Shown one piece after another: positions 38,477-47,986 of a DNA stretch of 64,000 bases (positions are counted from its first letter, which is position 1; the number at the start of each line of letters is the position of its first letter). A program made the position numbers and the translations under genes. The DNA lies in assembly GCA_050952525.1 (NCBI GenBank), contig JBMNLC010000004.1:233862-297861 (forward strand), in the 5' to 3' direction. The notes below the pieces were generated by a model, which was given only the letters and a program-made list of their open reading frames with translations, had not been told where the DNA came from and did no database searches. This DNA is from Clostridia bacterium. GTDB taxonomy: Bacteria > Bacillota > Clostridia > Christensenellales > JBMNLC01.

Positions 38477-39574
38477 ATGCAATACTCCGATAAATACCTG
38501 GCATTTATGGGGAAAGCACCCAAGCGCATTCCCCACTGGGAGCATTGGTCCAATCCGGACGCAGAAACCTATCTAACGGGCATCGACTATTACGAGCACC
38601 CCAGGCTTTGCAGGTTAAAGATGGCAGAGCTGTACCCGCAGTTGGAGCTCCCCATTCCGGAAACGGATGAACCCAGGCCACGGCCCAAACTGGGCTTGGA
38701 GGGAGCCACCTCCAGCGTGGACGAGGAAGGGCGGCACCACGTCCGCTGGGGAGATGGGGAGACCAGCCATTGGGATTGGGGAAAGCAGTTTAGAACGGTG
38801 GAGGATGTATTCGCTTTTTCTCCCTTGGAGCAGGGGGATTTTACGAACATTCCGGTGGTGGAATCCGGAGACTATTCCGATGAAGAAAAGCTGTATAAGG
38901 AATACCGGAAGCTTTTTCCTGAGGAATGGGGTGATAAAGCCCCTGAGGGTTCCACGGCGTCGGTGAGTTTTTACAATACCATGTTCATGTGGCCCTTGCT
39001 GACCTTTGGATGGGAGCTTTTCCTGGAGACCTGTCTCGATCCAAGGTTTGAACGGATTATGGATGAGTTTGCGGAGATCAACCGCCGTGTGTTCCGTACT
39101 TTTGCAAGGCTTCCTGTTAATTTTGTGATTTGTCATGATGATATCGTGACCAGCCGGGGACCTACCTGTTCTCCTCAATGGATGCATAAGTATATTTTTC
39201 CCCGCTATGAAGAATTCTGGGGGATGTTAAAGGCTGCCGGGAAGGAAGTCATCTTTATGGTGGACGGATGCATCGATGCCTATGTAGATGATGTGATGGC
39301 CTGTGGGGCGAGAGGGATTATCTCGGAACCCTATACGGACTACAAGCGGATCGCACGCAAGTACAAGGATTGTTTTTTAGCCGGGGAAGGAGACAATCGG
39401 ATTCTGTACAGAAACAATCCGGAGGAAATACGGGCGATGGTGGAGAGTATGGTGGAGACAGCTCATATGACGGGAGGATATATGATGTGCATCGGCAACC
39501 ATATTCCATGGAATGTCCCACCCCGGGCGATTAAGCTCTATCTGGACTTATCCGCTGAACTGGCCCATCGATAG
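38477..39574 (+). CDS. Uroporphyrinogen-decarboxylase (URO-D) fold family protein, divergent paralog A
   Basis: 365 aa, SD AAGGGGG. The C-terminal half (FMVDGCIDAYVDDVMACGARGI...GGYMMCIGNHIPWNVP) resembles URO-D/MtaA-like TIM barrels. Function unknown. Confidence 0.55.
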   Translation: MQYSDKYLAFMGKAPKRIPHWEHWSNPDAETYLTGIDYYEHPRLCRLKMAELYPQLELPIPETDEPRPRPKLGLEGATSSVDEEGRHHVRWGDGETSHWDWGKQFRTVEDVFAFSPLEQGDFTNIPVVESGDYSDEEKLYKEYRKLFPEEWGDKAPEGSTASVSFYNTMFMWPLLTFGWELFLETCLDPRFERIMDEFAEINRRVFRTFARLPVNFVICHDDIVTSRGPTCSPQWMHKYIFPRYEEFWGMLKAAGKEVIFMVDGCIDAYVDDVMACGARGIISEPYTDYKRIARKYKDCFLAGEGDNRILYRNNPEEIRAMVESMVETAHMTGGYMMCIGNHIPWNVPPRAIKLYLDLSAELAHR

Positions 39575-39628
39575 AAGATGGACATGATGTGGAGTGTGGG
39601 GCATTTTTTACGAAGGAGGCTTCGATCG

Positions 39629-40630
39629 ATGACAAAACGAGATATGGTGAAGGCGGGAATCCGACACATGGACACAGGGAAAGTACCTTTCTGCATCCAT
39701 CTGGCTGCTGATGCAAAGGGAAAATACGGGGAAATCCTCCAGGATCAATTTCTGAAAGGGGAACTTCGTTCTGCTATAAACAAAGGGATTCTGTCTGTAG
39801 ATGAGGCGCTTCCCTTGGCAATGGGCAACCATGTATTTTGCATCAATGATATACCCTGGTGGGATTGGTATGACCTCCCCGAATCCTATCGGAAGGACTT
39901 TGAAGCCCCTTCCTCTCTCCCCAGGACCAAAGGTACCGGCAGTTATGAACGCTTTGAAGAGAAAATCAAATATGTAAAGGAAACAACCGGATGCTATATT
40001 CTGGTGATGGTGTATGGGAGCCATTTTGAAAAAGCCAATGCATGCAGGGGTATTGAAAATTTCCTTGGGGATTTGGGTGGGCACAAGGAGTATGCCCAGC
40101 AATTATTGGACATGATTATTCGAAAAAATCTGGTCATGCTGGAAAATCTGGTATACCTTCCTGAGATTGATGGCATCCTTCTGGGCAGCGATTGGGGATC
40201 TCAGAAATCCCTTCTTATGTCACCTGCTACGTGGAGGGAGATGATCGCTCCCGGTGAGTTAAAGGAATATCAACTGATCAAGGAAGCCGGTAAGGATGTA
40301 TGGATTCATTCCTGCGGCAATATTGTACAGATTATCCCTGACCTGATCGAGATGGGTGTGGATGTCTTGAATCCTGTGCAGCCGGAATGCATGGATATCT
40401 ATGCATTGAAAGAGCAGTTTGGACAGCGGCTTACTTTCTTTGGAGGGATCAGTACCCAGCGCACCCTGCCCTACGGTACGGTGGATGAACTGAGAAAAGA
40501 GACAAGACAGGTCATTACAGCCATGAGTCGAGGAGGCGGATACATCACTGCACCCGCCCAGGAGATCCAAGCGGACGTACCGATTGAGAATATCCTGGCT
40601 TTGGTGGAGGAAGCAAGCTCCTTCTCGTGA
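39629..40630 (+). CDS. URO-D family protein, paralog B
   Basis: Start at ATG 39629 after AGGAGG. IHSCGNIVQIIPDLIEMGVDVLNPVQPECMD...FFGGISTQRTLPYGT...GGGYITAPAQEIQADVP is a typical URO-D family C-terminal pattern. Confidence 0.7.
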   Translation: MTKRDMVKAGIRHMDTGKVPFCIHLAADAKGKYGEILQDQFLKGELRSAINKGILSVDEALPLAMGNHVFCINDIPWWDWYDLPESYRKDFEAPSSLPRTKGTGSYERFEEKIKYVKETTGCYILVMVYGSHFEKANACRGIENFLGDLGGHKEYAQQLLDMIIRKNLVMLENLVYLPEIDGILLGSDWGSQKSLLMSPATWREMIAPGELKEYQLIKEAGKDVWIHSCGNIVQIIPDLIEMGVDVLNPVQPECMDIYALKEQFGQRLTFFGGISTQRTLPYGTVDELRKETRQVITAMSRGGGYITAPAQEIQADVPIENILALVEEASSFS

Positions 40631-40669
40631 GAAAGAACGGTGAATCAAGATTAAGGGAGGGGGACGGTA

Positions 40670-41926
40670 ATGGATACAGATAAGAAGGATCGCCAAATTC
40701 TAAGGGAACTGGCGAAGAAAGTTGCGGAAATTGCATCATTGCCTGTTCAAAAGGAAAAGGCAGAGATGTGGAAACGCTTAAACAATCTAAGACCGGTAAA
40801 ACCCATGATCTGGATCAATGAAATTCCATGGCATGAAATGGATGTGAACGATGAACTTCGGCTGCAGACGACGAATGAATTTTGTCGGTATTATGAATGG
40901 CAGCTGAGGACCACGATTTACCAATGGGAGCATATGCCGGGAGATATGGTGGTTGAACCGGTGATCTATTCACCCCTTGCCATACAGGATACGGGATTTG
41001 GGATCACCGAGGAGGTAGACATTCGTAGAACCGATGAGCGAAGCTCTGTGGTTTCACGGCATTTCCATGTCCAAATCCAGGAGGAATCCGATCTGGAGAA
41101 GATCAAAATGCCCGTTGTCAGTCATGATGAAGCAGCTTCCCAACAACGTTATGAAATGACTAAGGAACTCTTTGGAGATATCCTAAGAGTAGAAAAGAGG
41201 GGGGCCCCTGGTTTTTGGTTTGCTCCTTGGGATGAATTGATCCGTTGGTGGGGGGTGCAGGAAGCTCTGACGGATCTATACCTAAATCCTGAGTTGGTAC
41301 ATAAAGCGATGGATCGGCTGGTCACTGCATATCTGCATCGCCTGGATCAGTATGAGCAAATGGGGCTTCTTTCCTTAAACAACAGGAATGATCGTGTTGG
41401 TTCAGGCGGCTATGGCTATACTGATGAGCTCCCGAAGCCTGGATTTCATCCCGATCATGTAACAGCGGACCACCTTTGGGGATGCGGAACGGCGCAAATC
41501 TTTTCGGAGGTATCGCCTAAAATGCATGAAGAGTTTGCGCTCCAGTATGAAATACGCTGGATGCAGCGTTTTGCACTGAACTATTATGGATGTTGTGAAC
41601 CGCTTCATAAAAAAATCGATATCCTGGAAAAGATACCAAACCTGCGCAAGATATCCATGAGCAGGTGGATCGATGTGGACGAAGCCACCTCCAATATAGG
41701 AGATAAATATGTTTTTTCCTATAAACCCAATCCTGCAATCTTTGCTGAAGATGCATGGCATCCCGATCGGGCAAGGGAAGAACTCATCAAGGTGTTAACA
41801 AAGGCAAGGGAGAAAGGTTGTATCGTCGAAATCATCATGAAGGATATCAGTACAGTCCGATATGAGCCCCACCGTTTATGGGAATGGGCTGCTATCGCTC
41901 AGGATGTGGCAGATAAATTCGAATGA
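40670..41926 (+). CDS. Hypothetical protein, possibly a distant URO-D-like TIM barrel (paralog C)
   Basis: 418 aa, SD GGGAGGGGG. The C-terminal layout (NYYGCCEPL...IPNLRKISMSRW...YKPNPA...IIMKDISTV) is reminiscent of URO-D-like proteins. The assignment is weak. Confidence 0.35.
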   Translation: MDTDKKDRQILRELAKKVAEIASLPVQKEKAEMWKRLNNLRPVKPMIWINEIPWHEMDVNDELRLQTTNEFCRYYEWQLRTTIYQWEHMPGDMVVEPVIYSPLAIQDTGFGITEEVDIRRTDERSSVVSRHFHVQIQEESDLEKIKMPVVSHDEAASQQRYEMTKELFGDILRVEKRGAPGFWFAPWDELIRWWGVQEALTDLYLNPELVHKAMDRLVTAYLHRLDQYEQMGLLSLNNRNDRVGSGGYGYTDELPKPGFHPDHVTADHLWGCGTAQIFSEVSPKMHEEFALQYEIRWMQRFALNYYGCCEPLHKKIDILEKIPNLRKISMSRWIDVDEATSNIGDKYVFSYKPNPAIFAEDAWHPDRAREELIKVLTKAREKGCIVEIIMKDISTVRYEPHRLWEWAAIAQDVADKFE

Positions 41927-42101
41927 CACAAGACTTGGCTGTGAAAGGAATTCCCTCTGTGTCGTACACCCCCGATGGAACGATAAAAAAGGTCATTGGT
42001 ATATTTTACATGATGAATATAGCATGTTATACTGGAATTGGTAAGATCCTTCCTACTGCAGCAGCTGAAAGTAAAAATTCAAGAAAAGGAGTGGATGTAG
42101 G

Positions 42102-42617
42102 ATGAATGTCTATGAAGCCATTGCAAACCGCTATAGCGTAAGGAGTTACAAGAGGGAACCAATTCCGGAAGAAACCCTGGAGCGAGTTTTGGAGGCTGCC
42201 AGAAAAGCCCCTTCCGCCAGCAACCGGCAGGCTAGGAAATTCGTAGTGGTGACGGATGAAGACCTGAAGCAAAAGCTGGCAAAGGCAGCGAGAAACCAAT
42301 CCTTCATTGCTGAAGCAGGGGCTGTCATCGTAGGCATTGCTACAGAACCCCAAAGGATGATGCCATGCGGGATCAATTCTTCCACCGTGGATGTGGTGAT
42401 CGCCATGGATCACATTACCCTGGCTGCCGTAGAGGAAGGGCTGGGAACCTGCTGGATCGGTGCCTTTTCTCAGGAGGAGGTAAAAAAGATACTGAATATC
42501 CCCGATGAATATACAGTGATCGAGCTCATGCCTTTGGGATATCCAAAGGGTGTACGGGTGGAACGCCCCAGGAAGGCATGGGATGAGCTGTTTTGCATGA
42601 ATGGCTTCCAGGAGTAG
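42102..42617 (+). CDS. Nitroreductase family protein
   Basis: 171 aa. RYSVRSYK...PSASNRQARKFVVV and TCWIGAF motifs. Confidence 0.85.
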   Translation: MNVYEAIANRYSVRSYKREPIPEETLERVLEAARKAPSASNRQARKFVVVTDEDLKQKLAKAARNQSFIAEAGAVIVGIATEPQRMMPCGINSSTVDVVIAMDHITLAAVEEGLGTCWIGAFSQEEVKKILNIPDEYTVIELMPLGYPKGVRVERPRKAWDELFCMNGFQE

Positions 42618-42659
42618 GGATTTTTTATCTTATCCATGGACAAAAAGAGGGGGTTCCGG

Positions 42660-44153
42660 ATGAAAAAAGCACGCCAGGTCATTGTGATGATGACGGATAC
42701 CCAACGGATAGATATGCTGGGCTGCTATGGAAACAAAGATATGCATACGCCGAATCTTGACAGGCTGGCGGAAGAAGGGATGCGTTTTGAAAAGGCATAT
42801 ACCTGCCAGCCTGTCTGCGGACCGGCCCGGTCTGCCATTTTTACAGGACTCTATCCTCACTCCAACGGTTCCTGGACGAATTCAATGGCTCTGGCTGATA
42901 ATGTAAAGACAATCGGCCAGAGATTACACGACCACGGAATCCATACAGCTTATATCGGGAAATGGCACCTGGATGGTGGGGATTATTTCGGATTGGGGCG
43001 CTGTCCGGAAGGGTGGGACCCCGCATATTGGTATGATATGCGGTGCTACCTGGAGGAGCTCTCCGAGGATGACCGCAGATGGTCCAGAACTCCAAGAATC
43101 ATGGAGGAAAGGGAAATAAAGGAGGATTTCACCTTTGCCCACCGCTGCTCCAACCGGGCTATTGACTTTCTGTCCAAATACCATAAAGATGATTTTTTGC
43201 TGGTGTTTTTCTATGATGAGCCCCATCATCCCTATGTTTGTCCGGAGCCATATGCATCCATGTATAAGGATTACCATTTTCCAAAGAGTCGGAACATCTG
43301 GGACGACCTTTCAAACAAGCCGGAACACCACAGGGTTTGGGCAGGGGAATCGCTGATGGAGGATAAGGATGCCCTGGTCATCAATCCCTATTATTTCCTG
43401 GGCTGCAATTCCTTTGTGGACTATGAGATCGGGCGGGTAATGGATGCCATCGATAGGTATACACCGGATGCCCTGGTCATCTATACATCGGACCATGGGG
43501 ATATGCTTTCATCCCATTCCCTGAACGGCAAAGGACCGGCCATGTACGAGGAGATCACCCATATTCCCTTCATCGTCAAGTGGCCCGGGGTGATAAGAGA
43601 AAACACCATTTATTCCAATCCGGTTTCTCATATCGACATCGCTCCCACCATTTTGGATGTGATGGGCATCCCTGTACCCAAGCTGCTGGAAGGGAATAGT
43701 CTGGCCCCTGTGCTGGAAAATCCCAAAAAACAGGTCAAGGATATCGTATTTATGGAATTTGGACGATATGAGATTGATCATGACGGCTTTGGAGGCTATC
43801 AGCCTATCCGTGCTGCATATAACGGACGATATAAGTTGGTTATCAACCTGATGACCAGCGACGAATTGTATGATCTGGAGAAGGATCCGGAGGAGATGGT
43901 GAATCTCATCCATTCTGAAGAGCATACTGCCATCCGTGATGAGCTCCATGATCGGATTCTGGAGTGGATGAATGATACCCGGGATCCCTTCCGCGGATAT
44001 TACTGGGAAAGACGGCCGTGGAGAACGGATGCACGTCAAGCCACATGGGACTATACAAAGATGACACGGCAGAGGGAAAATGAAGAATACGAGCCCCGTC
44101 AGTTGGACTACGCGACAGGGCTTGAAATGACAGAAGCAGTGAGAATAAAATAG
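42660..44153 (+). CDS. Cys-type sulfatase without a signal peptide (predicted cytoplasmic)
   Basis: Start at ATG 42660 after GAGGGGG. The N-terminus runs straight into VIVMMTDTQR. Formylglycine signature C-G-P-A-R-S-A-I-F-T-G, and later SDHGD. Confidence 0.88.
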   Translation: MKKARQVIVMMTDTQRIDMLGCYGNKDMHTPNLDRLAEEGMRFEKAYTCQPVCGPARSAIFTGLYPHSNGSWTNSMALADNVKTIGQRLHDHGIHTAYIGKWHLDGGDYFGLGRCPEGWDPAYWYDMRCYLEELSEDDRRWSRTPRIMEEREIKEDFTFAHRCSNRAIDFLSKYHKDDFLLVFFYDEPHHPYVCPEPYASMYKDYHFPKSRNIWDDLSNKPEHHRVWAGESLMEDKDALVINPYYFLGCNSFVDYEIGRVMDAIDRYTPDALVIYTSDHGDMLSSHSLNGKGPAMYEEITHIPFIVKWPGVIRENTIYSNPVSHIDIAPTILDVMGIPVPKLLEGNSLAPVLENPKKQVKDIVFMEFGRYEIDHDGFGGYQPIRAAYNGRYKLVINLMTSDELYDLEKDPEEMVNLIHSEEHTAIRDELHDRILEWMNDTRDPFRGYYWERRPWRTDARQATWDYTKMTRQRENEEYEPRQLDYATGLEMTEAVRIK

Positions 44154-44169
44154 TGAATCAAGAGACGCA

Positions 44170-44201
44170 GGCACTGGGAGTATCCCCAGGCCTTTTTTTT
44201 T
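44170..44201 (+). terminator. Rho-independent terminator after the sulfatase gene
   Basis: ggc(a)ctggg / cccaggcc hairpin followed by nine T. Confidence 0.75.
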
Positions 44202-44582
44202 GTATCTCTAATTTAGGTATTCTATCATTACCGTTGATGCTATAAAATAACTTACTGTTGACCTCCAGATTTGAGATCTGGATCCCCTCTGGTATATTCG
44301 ACTGTTACAAAATGATGAATTCTGCCGTAGTATGAAGTGGAGCTTTGTCGATTTATGTATAATATGGAAGTAATGGAATTAAGTTCTTGTTTTCGTGGGA
44401 CATCATGATATAATAATGAATAGAGTTGCAACTCTGTAAGTTCTAAGTTCCTGCCAGATATAACAAGTTTTGATTCATTTCAATTTGCTGTGTAATGCAA
44501 ATAGAAAAAAGCAGAAATTATCGAAGCATGTGTGTGAATAAAATTGGTTTGCTTATTAAACAAGTCGAAGAGGAGGATTCGG

Positions 44583-46532
44583 ATGAAAAGAGTCATTACC
44601 ATGTTGATGCTTGTAATACTGTTGATAACCGTGGTGTTGACAGGATGCGGCGGAAGCCAGTCTGTAACCACATCCGAGAAGCAAGAGACTAATCCAGCCC
44701 CTGAGGGAGCGGCTGATGAGCCACCGGAGGAAACAGTTGTGGAAGATGAGCCAAAGACTGTCGAGTATAAGCAGTCTCCCATGCTAGACGGTAAAGGCTT
44801 GCCCCCCGTAGCAGAAAGACTGCCAAAGGAACCAAAAATCGTTAATGAAATGCCTCCCGAGCAGCTTTCTTATGAGATCGGCAGGTATGGCGGAAAGATA
44901 CGCACCGTGACGACAGACATTGAATGGGATGCGGATATTTTCGGTATGTGCAATGAGCCTCTTATCAATACCCCTGGTATGCTTGGTAAAGAAATTACGG
45001 GGAATATTCTCAAGGGGTATGAAGTCAGTGCTGACCAGAAAGAGTTCACCTTCTTTATGCGGGAAGGATTGAAATGGTCGGATGGAACTCCTGTTACTGT
45101 TGAGGATATTGAGTTCACAGTGAAGGATGTAATATTCAACGAAGAGCTGATGCCGATATTTCCTGCATGGCTGCGCTCTGGAGGCAGAGGGGATGGAAAA
45201 CCTTTTGATTTTGAGGTTGTTGACCAGTATACATTTAAAATGAAATTTGATGAGCCTTACGGCGGCCTCCTACTGCGAATAGCTATTCAAGGATGGAGGA
45301 GCTATACCGATTTACTTAAGCCCAAGCATTTTTTAAAGAAGTTTCATAAATCCTATGCTTCCGAGGAGGAATTGGAGTCACTTATCGAAGAAGAAGGTTT
45401 AGAAGCCGGTGATTGGGTTAGTCTCTTTAATGTGAAAGATATCACTAACTGGGAATTGAATCAGAATAAAGCAATTGGATTCCCTGTTCTTAACCCCTGG
45501 ATGATCGTTGAGCGTCGGGAATCAACGGGAATCTATGAGAGAAACCCTTATTTCTATAAGATAGACACAGAAGGGAATCAACTGCCCTATGTAGACTATC
45601 TCGAAAGCTATCTCGTTCAGGATGCAGAGATGGCTTCTGTAAAAATAGTCGGCGGTGAAGTGGATTTCTGCCGTGCTATGGCTGTGTTGATTAAAGCACC
45701 TTTTTATAAGGAAAATGCGGAAAAAGGAGGGTACAATGTAAACCTGGTGGATGACCATGGTACCCAGAATGATATATTCCTAAACCTTACCCACGAGGAT
45801 CCGATTTGGCGTCAGGTTGTCCGCGATGTGCGCTTCCGCAAAGCACTGAATTATGCGATAAACCGCGAAGAAATCAAGGATACTGTCTATTATGGTTTCT
45901 CTGAGTTCTCCCCCATGAATGAAAACAAGTTTGACCTGGATGAAGCGAATCGTCTGTTGGATGAAATGGGTATGACCAAAGGGGCTGACGGATATCGCAT
46001 AGGTCCTGATGGTAAACGATTCACCATCCCATTTGAAATCGGTGGTCATATCACATCACAGATAGCAGTAGCTGAACTCATTGTAGAAATGTGGAAAGAG
46101 CTCGATCTTCATGTCACCCTGAATACGATTGATGCGGCATTATGGGGGACCCGCAATAATGCCAATGAGTTGAAAGCAACTATTATCTGGACCCATTCTC
46201 CCCTATGGTGGTACGGTGATATGGGGCAGGGCTTCTGGGGACCTCTTTGGATTCGTTGGTGGAATACGGGAGGAACAGAAGGTGAAGAGCCACCGGAGGA
46301 AGTAAAGACATTCTACAAACTTATGGATAAGATATCTGTCGGCTCTCCGGAAGAAGGAATACAAACCTATGAACAAATCAAAAAAGAGATGCAGAATAAT
46401 GTTTGGTATATTCTCCCTGCTGGCGAAATAAAGGTTCCGTTAATTACCAATGCAAAGTTGGGTAATACTCCTGAAAAAGGATTCGCGATGGCTATTAACT
46501 TCAGTGCTGAAACGTTTTTCTATAAAGAATAG
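44583..46532 (+). CDS. Second (orphan) family-5 ABC substrate-binding lipoprotein
   Basis: Start at ATG 44583 after GAGGAGG. Lipobox VLTGC. Shares blocks with 36172-38322 (REGLKWSDG, YERNPYFYKIDTEGNQLPYVD). No adjacent permease or ATPase genes. Confidence 0.85.
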   Translation: MKRVITMLMLVILLITVVLTGCGGSQSVTTSEKQETNPAPEGAADEPPEETVVEDEPKTVEYKQSPMLDGKGLPPVAERLPKEPKIVNEMPPEQLSYEIGRYGGKIRTVTTDIEWDADIFGMCNEPLINTPGMLGKEITGNILKGYEVSADQKEFTFFMREGLKWSDGTPVTVEDIEFTVKDVIFNEELMPIFPAWLRSGGRGDGKPFDFEVVDQYTFKMKFDEPYGGLLLRIAIQGWRSYTDLLKPKHFLKKFHKSYASEEELESLIEEEGLEAGDWVSLFNVKDITNWELNQNKAIGFPVLNPWMIVERRESTGIYERNPYFYKIDTEGNQLPYVDYLESYLVQDAEMASVKIVGGEVDFCRAMAVLIKAPFYKENAEKGGYNVNLVDDHGTQNDIFLNLTHEDPIWRQVVRDVRFRKALNYAINREEIKDTVYYGFSEFSPMNENKFDLDEANRLLDEMGMTKGADGYRIGPDGKRFTIPFEIGGHITSQIAVAELIVEMWKELDLHVTLNTIDAALWGTRNNANELKATIIWTHSPLWWYGDMGQGFWGPLWIRWWNTGGTEGEEPPEEVKTFYKLMDKISVGSPEEGIQTYEQIKKEMQNNVWYILPAGEIKVPLITNAKLGNTPEKGFAMAINFSAETFFYKE

Positions 46533-46717
46533 TAAACCGGACAATCAACCTTCTGTGACACGTTTTATGGAAAAGTCACAGTTTGCAATACAGAGACGGT
46601 TCATGATAGGAAATCAATTCATGAATCGTCTTTCTCAATAGGTATCTGTTATTATTTGACTTTTCAAGCCAAAGGGAATATAACCTTACCATTACAATCA
46701 TTGCTCTAAGCAGCGTC

Positions 46718-46894
46718 ATGCATATGAAGTATTGTAAGGAATACAATACATCTGTGGAGAGCTGTCCTGTTCAGGCTATTGATGCATGCACAAAGTGGAT
46801 AGACTATATAGAATGTATCGCATGTATGTGTTGCCATGAGTTCTGCCGGTATCAGACAGTTCGTTTGAAAAGAATCAATCCGACAGCTTCTTGA
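46718..46894 (+). pseudogene. Probable remnant of a 4Fe-4S ferredoxin-type domain
   Basis: 58-codon ORF MHMKYCKEYNTSVESCPVQAI...CIACMCCHEFC. It keeps one CxxCxxCxxxC-like cluster and a degraded first cluster ending in CP. No RBS. Confidence 0.35.
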
Positions 46895-46977
46895 TGAGGT
46901 CTATGTACCAGGGAGATCATCGTTCACTTGAAACCAATATCCCTGTGTTATGAAAAAAGGAAGGAGTATACATAACC

Positions 46978-47904
46978 ATGCACATCAACCCATTTCCTTA
47001 CAAAGACAAATGGTATAAAGGAAACCTCCACTGTCATTCCACCGATTCAGATGGGAGGCTTTCGCCATCGGAAGTAGCTGCTATCTATAAGAGCAGGGGA
47101 TGGAATTTCCTGGCTTTTACAGAACACCGCCTGTATACCCATCATAAAGAATTCGATGACGAGAATTTTATCATCATCCCAGGTGTTGAACTGGATGTCC
47201 ACAACGAAGACCCCTTAAGGATATATCATGTGGTGGGGATTGGCAGAACGGATCTGGCAAGCGAAGAGGCCGGTTATAAGCACGGAGAGACGATACCCTG
47301 TCCCAGCTGGGAAGGTCTGGATAGCGCCCAGAGGATGATTGATGATTTGAATGGAAAGGGCAATCTGTCTATTTTCTGTCACCCTATCTGGTTCAGGTTG
47401 GAACTGAATGACTTCATCGGTCTGGACGGATTCTTTGCCATGGAGCTGTACAATACGGGATGTGCCCTTGAAAACCATACCGGCCTGTGTGTGGATTATT
47501 GGGATTCCCTCTTAAGAAGGGGAAGGAAGGTATGGGGGGTGGCTGCCGATGATAGCCATCATGTGAATCAGGATCAGTGCGGAGGATGGGTCATGGTCAA
47601 TGCCCCCGAATTAACCATTCAGGCTATCACCGATGCATTGGAGAAGGGGCATTTTTACTCCTCAACAGGTCCGGAGATATATAGCCTGACGCTACAGGAT
47701 GATGAAGTGTATGTGGAGTGCTTACCCGTAAAAGCCATACATTTTGTTGCCTATGAAGAATTTGGACATAGCTTCTGGGCTCCCAAGGGTGGTAACATAA
47801 GTTCTGCCAGACACCGGCTGAATGGCAGAGAGAAATATGTTCGCGTTGAATGTGTGGATCAGGAAGGGAATACGGCTTGGTCAAATCCTATCTTTCTGAA
47901 GTAA
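46978..47904 (+). CDS. PHP-domain metallohydrolase (CehA/McbA-like)
   Basis: GNLHCHSTDSDG N-terminal motif, FTEH, and later ADDSHH. Confidence 0.75.
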   Translation: MHINPFPYKDKWYKGNLHCHSTDSDGRLSPSEVAAIYKSRGWNFLAFTEHRLYTHHKEFDDENFIIIPGVELDVHNEDPLRIYHVVGIGRTDLASEEAGYKHGETIPCPSWEGLDSAQRMIDDLNGKGNLSIFCHPIWFRLELNDFIGLDGFFAMELYNTGCALENHTGLCVDYWDSLLRRGRKVWGVAADDSHHVNQDQCGGWVMVNAPELTIQAITDALEKGHFYSSTGPEIYSLTLQDDEVYVECLPVKAIHFVAYEEFGHSFWAPKGGNISSARHRLNGREKYVRVECVDQEGNTAWSNPIFLK

Positions 47905-47986
47905 AGCCGGCTATAGACATACACAATTTGCGCCCTCTGTCATACTATAGTATTAAAAAATATGACAATAGGAGGGTAGGTGCTGT

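Noticed and set aside
44480-44782. ORFs 44480-44782(-) and 44495-44692(+) in the AT-rich spacer and SBP signal region
   Set aside because: They have no RBS and overlap the real SBP start (ATG 44583 with GAGGAGG).
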